DNA of 64,000 nucleotides from Rickettsiales bacterium (lineage in GTDB: Bacteria > Pseudomonadota > Alphaproteobacteria > Rickettsiales > UBA3002): assembly GCA_037968615.1 (NCBI GenBank), contig JBBKVX010000060.1, forward strand, positions 1,336 through 65,335, given 5' to 3'. Shown here piece after piece: positions 47,063 through 55,389 of this stretch. Position 1 is the first letter of the stretch, and every line of letters starts with the position of its first letter. Below the pieces are notes generated by a model. It did no database searches and was not told where the DNA came from. It saw nothing but the letters and a program-made list of their open reading frames with translations. A program made the position numbers and the translations under genes.

Positions 47063-47650
47063 CTACAGCACGCCCATATGACTGAGCAGAATGCTGCTGC
47101 CAATGCCGATGAGCGCCATGCCGCCCAGAATCTCTGCCCACTTGCCCACGCGGCAACCAATGTAATGCCCGGTCATGATACCCAGCGTGACCATAACGCA
47201 GGTGGCGCTGCCGATGGCCGCAGCCGTAATCCAGATATTAACGGGCAGTAACGCCAGCGTTACCCCCACCGCCATCGCGTCGATGCTGGTGCCGATGGCG
47301 GTCAACAGCAGAAGCACGAAGGAAGGGTTCTTGTTCGGGGCCACCGCCTGCGCTTCCACCTCTTGCACGCCTTCGTACAACAGCTTCATGCCCACCGCGC
47401 AGAGAATCACGAACGCCACCCAATGGTCGATCTGTTGAATGAACCGGCTGGCGGCGAGCCCGGCCAACCAACCGATCAAGGGCGTGACAGCCTCCACCGT
47501 GCCGAACAGCACGCCCGTACGCAGCGCATGCGCGAAGGACGGTTTTTTCATGCTCGCACCTGTGCCCACCGAAACGGCGAACGCGTCGGCGGACATGCTG
47601 AAGGCTAAGACGGCGGTGGAAACAAAGCTCATGGCGCCGCGAAATAGCAT
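47063..47650 (-). CDS. mntP: Manganese efflux pump MntP family
   Basis: Duplicated DUF204-type halves with SMSADAFAVS and AIGTSIDAMAVG motifs; six TM segments. Confidence 0.8.
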   Translation of the reverse strand: MLFRGAMSFVSTAVLAFSMSADAFAVSVGTGASMKKPSFAHALRTGVLFGTVEAVTPLIGWLAGLAASRFIQQIDHWVAFVILCAVGMKLLYEGVQEVEAQAVAPNKNPSFVLLLLTAIGTSIDAMAVGVTLALLPVNIWITAAAIGSATCVMVTLGIMTGHYIGCRVGKWAEILGGMALIGIGSSILLSHMGVL

Positions 47651-47759
47651 GCGCTCCCTCGCCTTCCAACCTCTTTATGTATAGGCCTTGCCACCGCATC
47701 GCTTCTTAATGCCCTGCAGCGGATACTGGCTCCATCACCACCATACATAGGAGAGCATC

Positions 47760-48281
47760 ATGGTAGCCGTACGTAAAACCACCACCGTTAACGAAGTAAA
47801 CCCGAACGATCCGAACGTTCGTGATCCCGAACACGCCCATGAACTGGGTGGCACCCTTGGCATGACTGCCGGTGGCGTGGCCGCTGGTATCGCCGCGGGC
47901 GTCGCTGCGGCCAGCACCGCCGCCGTCACCATTCCGGTCGCCGCTGCTGTCGTGGCAGGCGCTGCACTTGGCGGCGCACTCGGGGGCCGCGCAGGCGAGG
48001 ACATCGCCCGCGAGATCAACCCAACCGAAGAAGAAGCGTATTGGGAAGAGAACTACCGCACCCGTCCCTACGTGACCAAGGACTCGGATTTCGAGGCCTA
48101 CCGCCCGGCTTACCGCTATGGCGTGGACGCGTACAACGCCAACCCCGATAAGAGCTTCGACGATCTCGAACCGTCGCTGCGCAATAATTGGGGTGCCGAC
48201 ACGGGCATCGATTGGAACGAAGCACGCGAAGCCGCGCGCGATTCGTTCACCCGCGTTTCGGCTCGCAACGCCCGCAAGTAG
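47760..48281 (+). CDS. Hypothetical protein with a Gly/Ala-zipper segment and a YWxxNYxxRPY...AYRYG C-terminal domain
   Basis: ORF followed by a strong terminator. The composition is typical of small stress-associated proteins (inference only). Confidence 0.6.
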   Translation: MVAVRKTTTVNEVNPNDPNVRDPEHAHELGGTLGMTAGGVAAGIAAGVAAASTAAVTIPVAAAVVAGAALGGALGGRAGEDIAREINPTEEEAYWEENYRTRPYVTKDSDFEAYRPAYRYGVDAYNANPDKSFDDLEPSLRNNWGADTGIDWNEAREAARDSFTRVSARNARK

Positions 48282-48323
48282 TGCAGTGATGCCGCATAGG
48301 CGTCACGATAACACTCACTCTAC

Positions 48324-48360
48324 AACCGCCACGCGCATTCCATATTGCGCGTGGCGGTTT
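48324..48360 (+). terminator. Rho-independent terminator
   Basis: AACCGCCACGCGC-ATTCCATATT-GCGCGTGGCGGTT-T: a 13-bp perfect stem. Confidence 0.8.
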
Positions 48361-48378
48361 ACCTGTTAGGCCTTCCTG

Positions 48379-50097
48379 ATGTCCGCCATCGCAGGAATTA
48401 TTTACAGCAGCACCGACGATCTCCGTTTCATCAGCTCGATGACGGATCTGCTCGCACATCGCGGGCCACAGGGCGATGGCACGCTCTGGTTCATGGACGA
48501 TGGCAGCACCCGCCAATTGCGTAACGCGCTTCCCTCCACCACCCCCATTCCCGGGCGTGCGGTGTTGGGCCACCGCCAGCTCGGCACCATCGGCGACGCC
48601 GCGACTCAGCCGCTTACCGAAGCCACCGCCCGCTACTGGATCACCATGGACGGCGCGCTCTATAATTACCGCGAACTGCGCGAGACGCTAAAAACAAAAG
48701 GCCACCGCTTCACCACCGACAGCGACGCCGAAGTGGCGCTCGCCGCCTACGCCGAACATGGCATGGAATGCTTCCAGCATTTCAACGGCCCGTGGGCCAT
48801 GGCCATTCTCGATACGCAGGAGCGCAGTTTGCTACTGGCGCGCGACCCAGCCGGACAACGCCCGCTCTATTACTGGGGCCATCGCAGCGGCCTTGCCTTC
48901 GCGTCGGAAATCAAAGCCCTGTTCGCCTTGCCGGAGATCCGCCCCAAAATGGAGCGTCCGTCGATCGACGATTTCCTACGCTTTGGCAGCACCAGCAACC
49001 CGCAAAAAACCAGCTTCGCGCATATTCAAGCGCTCGCGCCGGGCCATGCCGTGCTGGTGCCGCTCGATACGCCCGCGCAGGTGAAGCCCCTTGCCTACAC
49101 GCAAGCCTCCGCGCCCGACATGCCGGGCAGCGACGCCGACACCGTCGCCGCCTTCCGCGACCTGTTCTTCGCCGCCATCGAGCGTCAGCGCCAGAGCCCG
49201 TTCGAAGTGGGCACCTGCCTCACGGGCGGCGTGGCCTCCACCGCCATCGCCTGCGCGTTGCGCCAGCAGCTTGGCGCCGATGTCATGTTCCACAGCTTCA
49301 CCGCCATGACCGACACGCCCGGCCACGACGAACGCACCTGGGTCATCGCCGCCAACAGCGCGACGCACACACTCAGCAACCTCGTCGTTCCATTGCCGGA
49401 AGACTTTATGGCCGAGCTCGACCTGCTGCTCTGGCACCACGACGAACCCTTCGCCGATACCAGCAGTTACGGGCAATGGTGCGTGGCGCGCGCCGCACGC
49501 GAAGCGCAAATACCCGTGTTGTTCGATGGGCATGGAGCAGGCACCGGCTTTACCCCCGCCGCCAAACCCAGCTTGATGCAAAAGCTGCTGCAGCGCGACG
49601 GACGCGACGAGAACCGCCTGCTGGCGAAATTATCGATGGGCATGAACATGAACAACGCCGCGCCTGAACCGCTGGCCGCTGTGTTGCGACGTGGCGACCG
49701 CAGCAGCATGGCCTTCGGCGTCGAGCTGCGCACTCCCTATCTCGACCAGTCTTTGGCCGCATTCACCCGCCGCTTGCCCGCCGCCCAGATGCATAACAAC
49801 CAATTGCTGCGCCGCGCGCTGGGCGACCTGCTGCCTGAGCCCATTCTCAACCGCGCCCACAGCCCTGCTTTCCGTTTGCCGATGGCCGAATGGGTGCAGA
49901 ACGCCATCATGCCCGCCTTCCTGCGCGACATAAAACTCGCGCGCCTCCCGCTGGTTCCGATGGTGCATGGCGGCGAGCTACGCGAGCTGGTGACGCGGCA
50001 GATGGAGCGCCCGGATGTCGCGCTCGCGCCACTGCTGTTCCGCCTTTTCATCGCAAATCGCTGGATGCAGCGCTTTAACATAGCGCCCATCGCCTGA
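48379..50097 (+). CDS. Asparagine synthase (AsnB)-like protein with degenerate catalytic motifs
   Basis: The overall AsnB layout is present (GATase-II-like N-domain, synthetase C-domain). However, the N-terminus is MSAIAGI rather than MCGIAGI, and the PP-loop reads TGGVAST rather than SGGLDSS. Confidence 0.75.
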   Translation: MSAIAGIIYSSTDDLRFISSMTDLLAHRGPQGDGTLWFMDDGSTRQLRNALPSTTPIPGRAVLGHRQLGTIGDAATQPLTEATARYWITMDGALYNYRELRETLKTKGHRFTTDSDAEVALAAYAEHGMECFQHFNGPWAMAILDTQERSLLLARDPAGQRPLYYWGHRSGLAFASEIKALFALPEIRPKMERPSIDDFLRFGSTSNPQKTSFAHIQALAPGHAVLVPLDTPAQVKPLAYTQASAPDMPGSDADTVAAFRDLFFAAIERQRQSPFEVGTCLTGGVASTAIACALRQQLGADVMFHSFTAMTDTPGHDERTWVIAANSATHTLSNLVVPLPEDFMAELDLLLWHHDEPFADTSSYGQWCVARAAREAQIPVLFDGHGAGTGFTPAAKPSLMQKLLQRDGRDENRLLAKLSMGMNMNNAAPEPLAAVLRRGDRSSMAFGVELRTPYLDQSLAAFTRRLPAAQMHNNQLLRRALGDLLPEPILNRAHSPAFRLPMAEWVQNAIMPAFLRDIKLARLPLVPMVHGGELRELVTRQMERPDVALAPLLFRLFIANRWMQRFNIAPIA

Positions 50098-50116
50098 TTG
50101 GGTATCACTTCATTCC

Positions 50117-50797
50117 ATGCCCAGCATCGCCGTGCTCCTGCCCTGTTATAACGAAGCCGCCACCATCGCCCAAGTGGTCGCCGACTATCGCGCCGTGCTG
50201 CCGGAAGCCACCATCTACGTCTTCGATAACAACTCGCGCGACAACTCCACCGCGCTAGCCACCGCTGCGGGTGCCACCGTGGTTGCCGTGCCCGAGCAAG
50301 GCAAGGGCTGCGTCGTGCGCGCCATGTTCCGCACCGTCACCGCCGACGCCTACCTGATGGCCGACGCCGACGGTACCTACGACCACACCCGCGCCCGCGA
50401 GCTTTTGGCCCCCATCCTGTCCGGCGAAGCCGACATGGTCATCGGCACACGGCAAGGCACGCAGCCCGGCACCTACCCGCCGGGCCACCGTTTCGGCAAC
50501 CGAGTGTTCAACCTGCTGGTGCGCCTGCTGTTCGGCAAAGGACTGCACGATATTTTTTCCGGCTTCCGGGCCTTCTCGCCTGCGTTCGTGCAGGGCTTCC
50601 CAGCCCAAAGCGATGGGTTCGAGATCGAATCTGAAATGAGCATCTACGCGCTGCAGCACCGCATCCGCTTCCGCGAGATCGCCACCATTTACGGCGCGCG
50701 ACCCGCCGGTTCGGCCAGCAAGCTCAACACATTCCGCGACGGTTTCCGCATTCTCTGCGCCATCCTGCGCATGTTCGTGAAGGAGCATCGGCCATGA
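50117..50797 (+). CDS. Family 2 glycosyltransferase (polyprenol-phosphate sugar synthase-like)
   Basis: IAVLLPCYNEAATI, VFDNNSRDNS and MADADGTYD (DxD) motifs. Confidence 0.85.
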   Translation: MPSIAVLLPCYNEAATIAQVVADYRAVLPEATIYVFDNNSRDNSTALATAAGATVVAVPEQGKGCVVRAMFRTVTADAYLMADADGTYDHTRARELLAPILSGEADMVIGTRQGTQPGTYPPGHRFGNRVFNLLVRLLFGKGLHDIFSGFRAFSPAFVQGFPAQSDGFEIESEMSIYALQHRIRFREIATIYGARPAGSASKLNTFRDGFRILCAILRMFVKEHRP

Positions 50798-52626
50798 GCC
50801 ATCTCTCCCGCCTGTTCCGTTGTGTGCCGCCCGAAGTCTGGGCATTGCTGCTTATTGCCCTACCCATGGCCTTCAGCGCTCTGGAGCGCATCGACACCGT
50901 CACCCACCACCCCAGCGCCATCTCCGGGCCGAACGATCCCGACCCGTGGCTGCGCCTTACGCTGGTGCGCGACTGGCTGGAAGGCGGCGACTGGTTCGAC
51001 CACCGCGTGGCGCGCAGCAATGCCCCCGAAGCCGACATCTCCAGCCCATGGACACGCCCGCTTGATCTCGTCATCGCCGCCTTCGTGAAGCTCCAGCCCA
51101 GCGACGACGCGCTCACCGTAAAGCTTCTGCGCGCCGCAGCGGCCCTGCCCCTGCTATGGATGATTGTGCTGATGCTGGGCCTGTTCAAAGCCGTTCGCCC
51201 CCTCCACCCCGCACCCATGACCTACCTCATGCTCGGCGTGCTGGTTGGCGCCACGCCCGTGCTGTGGAGTTATTTCGGCCAAGGCAACGCCGACCATCAT
51301 GGGTTCCTCGCCGCGCTTTGGGTATGGGTGCTGGCCTACGCCACCCTGCGCGACCCACGCCCGCGCGATTGCTGGATACAAGGCGCGCTGCTGGCCCTCA
51401 TGCTTTGGATCAGCCCCGAAGCGCTGCTCCTCATCGCCCTTCTCTATGCATGGCAATTGCTGCGTTGGCTGCACGACGGCGAACGGCTCCTTCCCCTCGT
51501 GCATCTCACCAGCGCCACGGCCTATATGGCGCTCGTCGCCCTCGCCATCGAACGCGCGCCCGACACATGGCTGGTGCCCATCTACGACTCGCTGTCCATC
51601 GTGCATGTGGTGCTGCTCGTCCTCTGCGCGTTGATCGTGCGCGGGCTCGCGTTCCTGCCGCCGCGCTGGAAAAGCCGCTGCGCTTACCGTGCGCTGGCCG
51701 CCACACTGGGCGGTGTGGCGCTGATATGCCTGATGGCGGTGCTCTATCCACCCTTCTTCCACGGGCCCATGGCCGATGCTTCACCTTTCATCGCCCGCGA
51801 GTTTCTGCCGCGCATCAACGAGGCAAAAAGCCTGTTCTCCAAACCGTTCCTGTTCAGCGCGGCGCTGCTGTTCCTGCCCTTGGCCACGGCGCTGCTCTAC
51901 GTCCGCCTGCTGTGGGTGCGCCAGCCGCTGATGCCCCGCGCCACTGCCGCGCAATTGCTGTTCCTGTTGCTCGCCGTGCTGGCCCTCGCCTGCACGCAAC
52001 TGCGCTGGTACTATTACGTCTTCCCCATCACCGCGCTGATGCTGGCCCCGCTGATCGGCGCATTGTTCAGCAAAGGCGACGCATGGCCCCAACGCGCGGT
52101 GGCCAAGCGCAACGAATGGTCGCAGGCGTGCATTCGCATCGGGCTGATCTCCTTGGCCATCGCCCTGCCGATGCTGCTGTTCATGCTCAATCCCAAAACC
52201 GCTACCCTCACCAGCAAACAAATCGTTCGCTGCGAGAAACTGGCGCGCACGGCACTCCATAGCGGGGCCATCACCGATGCGCTCGGGGCCGACGCGCTGA
52301 TTCTCTACGCCCCCACCAATCTTGGGGCCGAAATCCTGTTCTTCACGCCCTACCGCATCCTCGCCTCGAACTACCACCGCGAGGGCGAATCGATCCGTTA
52401 TGTCTGGAACGCCCAGCGCATCCCCGAAAGCGACAAGCTCCAGCGCTACTTCGCCCGCCGCCAAGTGGATGCGTTGTTGCTCTGCCCCGACAGCCGCTCC
52501 ACAAAGAAAAGCCAGCTCACCCGCTGGTGGAAGGGCGACGCGACGCCTGCATGGCTCGAACCTGTAACCCTGCCCAGCCAGCACGGTAAAAAAAATGCGC
52601 CGCGCCTATTCCGCATCACGGAGTAA
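50794..52626 (+). CDS. Large polytopic membrane protein (610 aa), possible GT-C-fold (ArnT/PMT/STT3-like) glycosyltransferase
   Basis: 4-nt overlap with the GT2 gene, more than 10 predicted TM helices, and a first periplasmic loop carrying acidic DPDPW...D motifs. The GT-C assignment is an inference. Confidence 0.55.
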   Translation: MSHLSRLFRCVPPEVWALLLIALPMAFSALERIDTVTHHPSAISGPNDPDPWLRLTLVRDWLEGGDWFDHRVARSNAPEADISSPWTRPLDLVIAAFVKLQPSDDALTVKLLRAAAALPLLWMIVLMLGLFKAVRPLHPAPMTYLMLGVLVGATPVLWSYFGQGNADHHGFLAALWVWVLAYATLRDPRPRDCWIQGALLALMLWISPEALLLIALLYAWQLLRWLHDGERLLPLVHLTSATAYMALVALAIERAPDTWLVPIYDSLSIVHVVLLVLCALIVRGLAFLPPRWKSRCAYRALAATLGGVALICLMAVLYPPFFHGPMADASPFIAREFLPRINEAKSLFSKPFLFSAALLFLPLATALLYVRLLWVRQPLMPRATAAQLLFLLLAVLALACTQLRWYYYVFPITALMLAPLIGALFSKGDAWPQRAVAKRNEWSQACIRIGLISLAIALPMLLFMLNPKTATLTSKQIVRCEKLARTALHSGAITDALGADALILYAPTNLGAEILFFTPYRILASNYHREGESIRYVWNAQRIPESDKLQRYFARRQVDALLLCPDSRSTKKSQLTRWWKGDATPAWLEPVTLPSQHGKKNAPRLFRITE

Positions 52627-52715
52627 CGCTGCGTGCGTTTTTCGTTGTTCGTTGTTCGTTTTTCGCTAAGTTCCCCCCGACAAATGCACAACCCAAAACG
52701 TACAACGAGTTCCCT

Positions 52716-52910
52716 ATGCCCATCGTCACCATCAACATGCTTGCCGGCCGCACGCTCGAACAGAAACGCGCGCTGGTAAAAAAAGTCACCGAAGCGCTTG
52801 GCGAAACCATCGACGCGCCCGCCGAAAAAGTACGCATCATCCTCAACGACATGCCGCACGACATGTACGCCATCGCGGGTGAATTACACGCCGATGCGGT
52901 CAAAAAATAG
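52716..52910 (+). CDS. 4-oxalocrotonate tautomerase family enzyme
   Basis: MPIVTINMLAGRTLEQKRALVKKVTEAL (catalytic Pro1, ~64 aa). Confidence 0.88.
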   Translation: MPIVTINMLAGRTLEQKRALVKKVTEALGETIDAPAEKVRIILNDMPHDMYAIAGELHADAVKK

Positions 52911-53932
52911 TGGCCGCTACTCCCACATTGCTGCCCTCGGGCCTGATGGACGTGCTGCCGCCGCTGGCCAGCACCGAGTTCCGCCTCATCCACCATTTCC
53001 TAAAAAGCTTCACCGGCTTCGGCTACCAGCCCGTTATTCCGCCCATGGCGGAATACGAAGAATCCATGCTGGCAGGCCAAGGCGAAGCCACCAGCCACCA
53101 AGTGTTCCGCGTCGCCGACCCGCTGGGCCAGAACATGCTTGCCCTGCGCGCCGACATGACCGGGCAGGTCGCCCGCATTGCGGCTGGCGCGCTGGCCTCG
53201 GCCCCGCGCCCGTTGCGCCTGTGCTATGCTGGCTACACACTGCGCACCGCGCCGGAAGCCCTAAAAACCCGCCGCCAATACACGCAAGTAGGCATCGAGC
53301 GCTTTGGCGATATCAGCACCAATGCCATTGCTGAGATCCTCGCCATCGCCACCCACGCGCTGGCCACCGGGGCCGACAAAAAACTCAGCATCGACCTGCA
53401 TTACCCCGCTGTGCTGCACCCGTTGCTGGCTGCCTTGCCGCCCCAACACCGCGACGCCGCGCGTGACGCTGTGCGCCTGAAGGATGCCGCCCGCCTGCGC
53501 CAGCTCGGTGCCGACAGCATCGCCGCCATCCTCGAATCGGCGGGCGACGCACCGCGCGCGCTGAAAAAATTGAAAGAGGCCGTCGCCCCCGAACAGGCGC
53601 TGGCCGAATTGGAAGCCTTAGTAACCGCCCTCACCGCTCAAAACATCGACGCCGACATCACCATCGATATGCTCGACCTGTCCGGCTACGAATATTACTG
53701 CGGCATCGGCTACGCCATTTATTGGCAATCCCCCGCCATCGAAGTGGCGCGCGGCGGCTGCTACAAAACCAACTCCGGCGAAGAAGCAGTGGGTTTCACA
53801 CTCTATATCGATGATTTGTTGGAGCATCTGCCCAGCGATAAGCCCCTGCCCATCGCCAAAATCCCCTATGGAACTTCCGCTGCTGAGGCGGTCAAAAAGC
53901 AGGCCGAAGGCTACGTGACGGTTTTTGAATAG
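52910..53932 (+). CDS. hisZ: ATP phosphoribosyltransferase regulatory subunit HisZ
   Basis: Class-II aaRS-like protein with LPSGLMDVLPP, LALRADMTGQVARI and LRLCYAGYTLR. GTG start overlapping the upstream stop. Confidence 0.78.
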   Translation: MAATPTLLPSGLMDVLPPLASTEFRLIHHFLKSFTGFGYQPVIPPMAEYEESMLAGQGEATSHQVFRVADPLGQNMLALRADMTGQVARIAAGALASAPRPLRLCYAGYTLRTAPEALKTRRQYTQVGIERFGDISTNAIAEILAIATHALATGADKKLSIDLHYPAVLHPLLAALPPQHRDAARDAVRLKDAARLRQLGADSIAAILESAGDAPRALKKLKEAVAPEQALAELEALVTALTAQNIDADITIDMLDLSGYEYYCGIGYAIYWQSPAIEVARGGCYKTNSGEEAVGFTLYIDDLLEHLPSDKPLPIAKIPYGTSAAEAVKKQAEGYVTVFE

Positions 53933-53980
53933 CCATCCGCCATACAATATGACAGAAAACCCCCGGTTTTACGAAAAGGA

Positions 53981-55279
53981 ATGCACATGAGCGTTGTAGT
54001 CATCGGTTCCCAATGGGGCGACGAAGGTAAAGGCAAAGTAGTGGACTGGCTAAGCGAGCGCGCGGATGTGATCGTGCGCTTCCAGGGCGGGCACAATGCC
54101 GGGCACACGCTGGTCGTCGATGGCGTGACCTACAAACTCTCCTTGCTGCCCTCCGGCGTCGTGCGCGGCGGCAAGCTCAGCATCATTGGCAACGGCGTGG
54201 TCATCGACCCGTGGGCGCTGCTGGCGGAAATCGAGAAAATCCAGAAGCAAGGCGTGTCCATCACCTCCGAGAACCTGAAAATCGCGGAAAACGCCTGCCT
54301 CATCCTGCCCATCCACTCCAAGCTCGATCATGCGTCGGAAGCCCTGCGTGGCGAAAGCAAGATCGGCACCACCGGCCGTGGCATCGGCCCGGCCTACGAA
54401 GACAAAGTTGGCCGTCGCGCCATCCGCATTTGCGACCTCAGCAGCGAGGACGCCATGCGCACCAAGATCGCCGACATGCTGGCGCATCACAACCCCATCC
54501 TCGTGGCTTCTGGCCACCCCGCCATAGGGTTGGACGAGATTCTTCAACCGTTACTTGAAATCGCACCGAAGATCGTTCCGTTCGCTACTCCCGTCTGGCG
54601 CCTGCTGGCGCAAGCGCGTGCCGACGGCCAACGCATCCTCTACGAAGGCGCGCAAGGCACGCTGCTCGATGTGGACCACGGCACTTACCCCTACGTCACT
54701 TCCTCGAACACCCTCGCCGGTGCCGCCACCATCGGTTCCGGTTCGGGCGCCGCGGCCCTCAACTACGTGCTTGGCATCACCAAAGCGTACACCACCCGCG
54801 TCGGCTCCGGCCCGTTCCCCAGCGAATTGCACGACGAGATCGGCCAACAGCTCGGCGAACGCGGCCATGAATTCGGCACCGTCACCGGCCGTAAGCGCCG
54901 CTGCGGCTGGTTCGACGCCGTGCTGGTGAAACAGGCCGTCACCGTTGGTGGCATCGACGGCATCGCCCTTACCAAACTCGACGTGCTGGACGGCCAGAAA
55001 GAACTCAAAATCTGCATCGGCTACGACATCAACGGCGAGAAATACGACTACCTGCCCGCCCGCGCCGATTTGCAGGCCGCCGCCACGCCCATCTACGAAA
55101 CGCTGGAGGGCTGGAGCGATTCCACCCGTGGCGCGCGCAGCTGGGCGCAGCTTCCGGCCACCGCCATCAAGTACATCCGCCGCATCGAAGAGTTAATTTC
55201 CTGTCCGGTGGCCCTGCTTTCCACCTCGCCCGACCGCGAAGACACAATATTGGTGCGCGATCCGTTCCAAGGGGCCTAG
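53981..55279 (+). CDS. purA: Adenylosuccinate synthase
   Basis: [19 protein letters not shown]-loop, [21 protein letters not shown] and [11 protein letters not shown]. Confidence 0.98.
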   Translation: MHMSVVVIGSQWGDEGKGKVVDWLSERADVIVRFQGGHNAGHTLVVDGVTYKLSLLPSGVVRGGKLSIIGNGVVIDPWALLAEIEKIQKQGVSITSENLKIAENACLILPIHSKLDHASEALRGESKIGTTGRGIGPAYEDKVGRRAIRICDLSSEDAMRTKIADMLAHHNPILVASGHPAIGLDEILQPLLEIAPKIVPFATPVWRLLAQARADGQRILYEGAQGTLLDVDHGTYPYVTSSNTLAGAATIGSGSGAAALNYVLGITKAYTTRVGSGPFPSELHDEIGQQLGERGHEFGTVTGRKRRCGWFDAVLVKQAVTVGGIDGIALTKLDVLDGQKELKICIGYDINGEKYDYLPARADLQAAATPIYETLEGWSDSTRGARSWAQLPATAIKYIRRIEELISCPVALLSTSPDREDTILVRDPFQGA

Positions 55280-55304
55280 GAACCGTTAATTGCTTTTCTG
55301 CATC

Positions 55305-55320
55305 TTAAGGTTCGCTTAAC
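55305..55320 (+). promoter_or_regulatory. Perfect CtrA-type box TTAA-N7-TTAAC
   Basis: TTAAGGTTCGCTTAAC lies 70 nt upstream of the ATG at 55390. Confidence 0.55.
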
Positions 55321-55389
55321 CATTGATGCGTTGAGATGCGTTGCATTTTCAGCTACACTGAAACTTCATAACGCATCCAGGTAGGAAGC

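Noticed and set aside
47651-47759. Possible yybP-ykoY manganese riboswitch in the mntP leader.
   Set aside because: The ~110-nt region is short, and I could not find the conserved GGGGAGUAG-type core or the four-way architecture on the minus strand.
52525-52539. WWKGD near the C-terminus of the 610-aa membrane protein, as a possible STT3/PglB WWDYG catalytic motif.
   Set aside because: It lies in the last ~25 residues, far from where WWDYG sits relative to the TM core, and the sequence does not match beyond WW. I treated it as coincidence.
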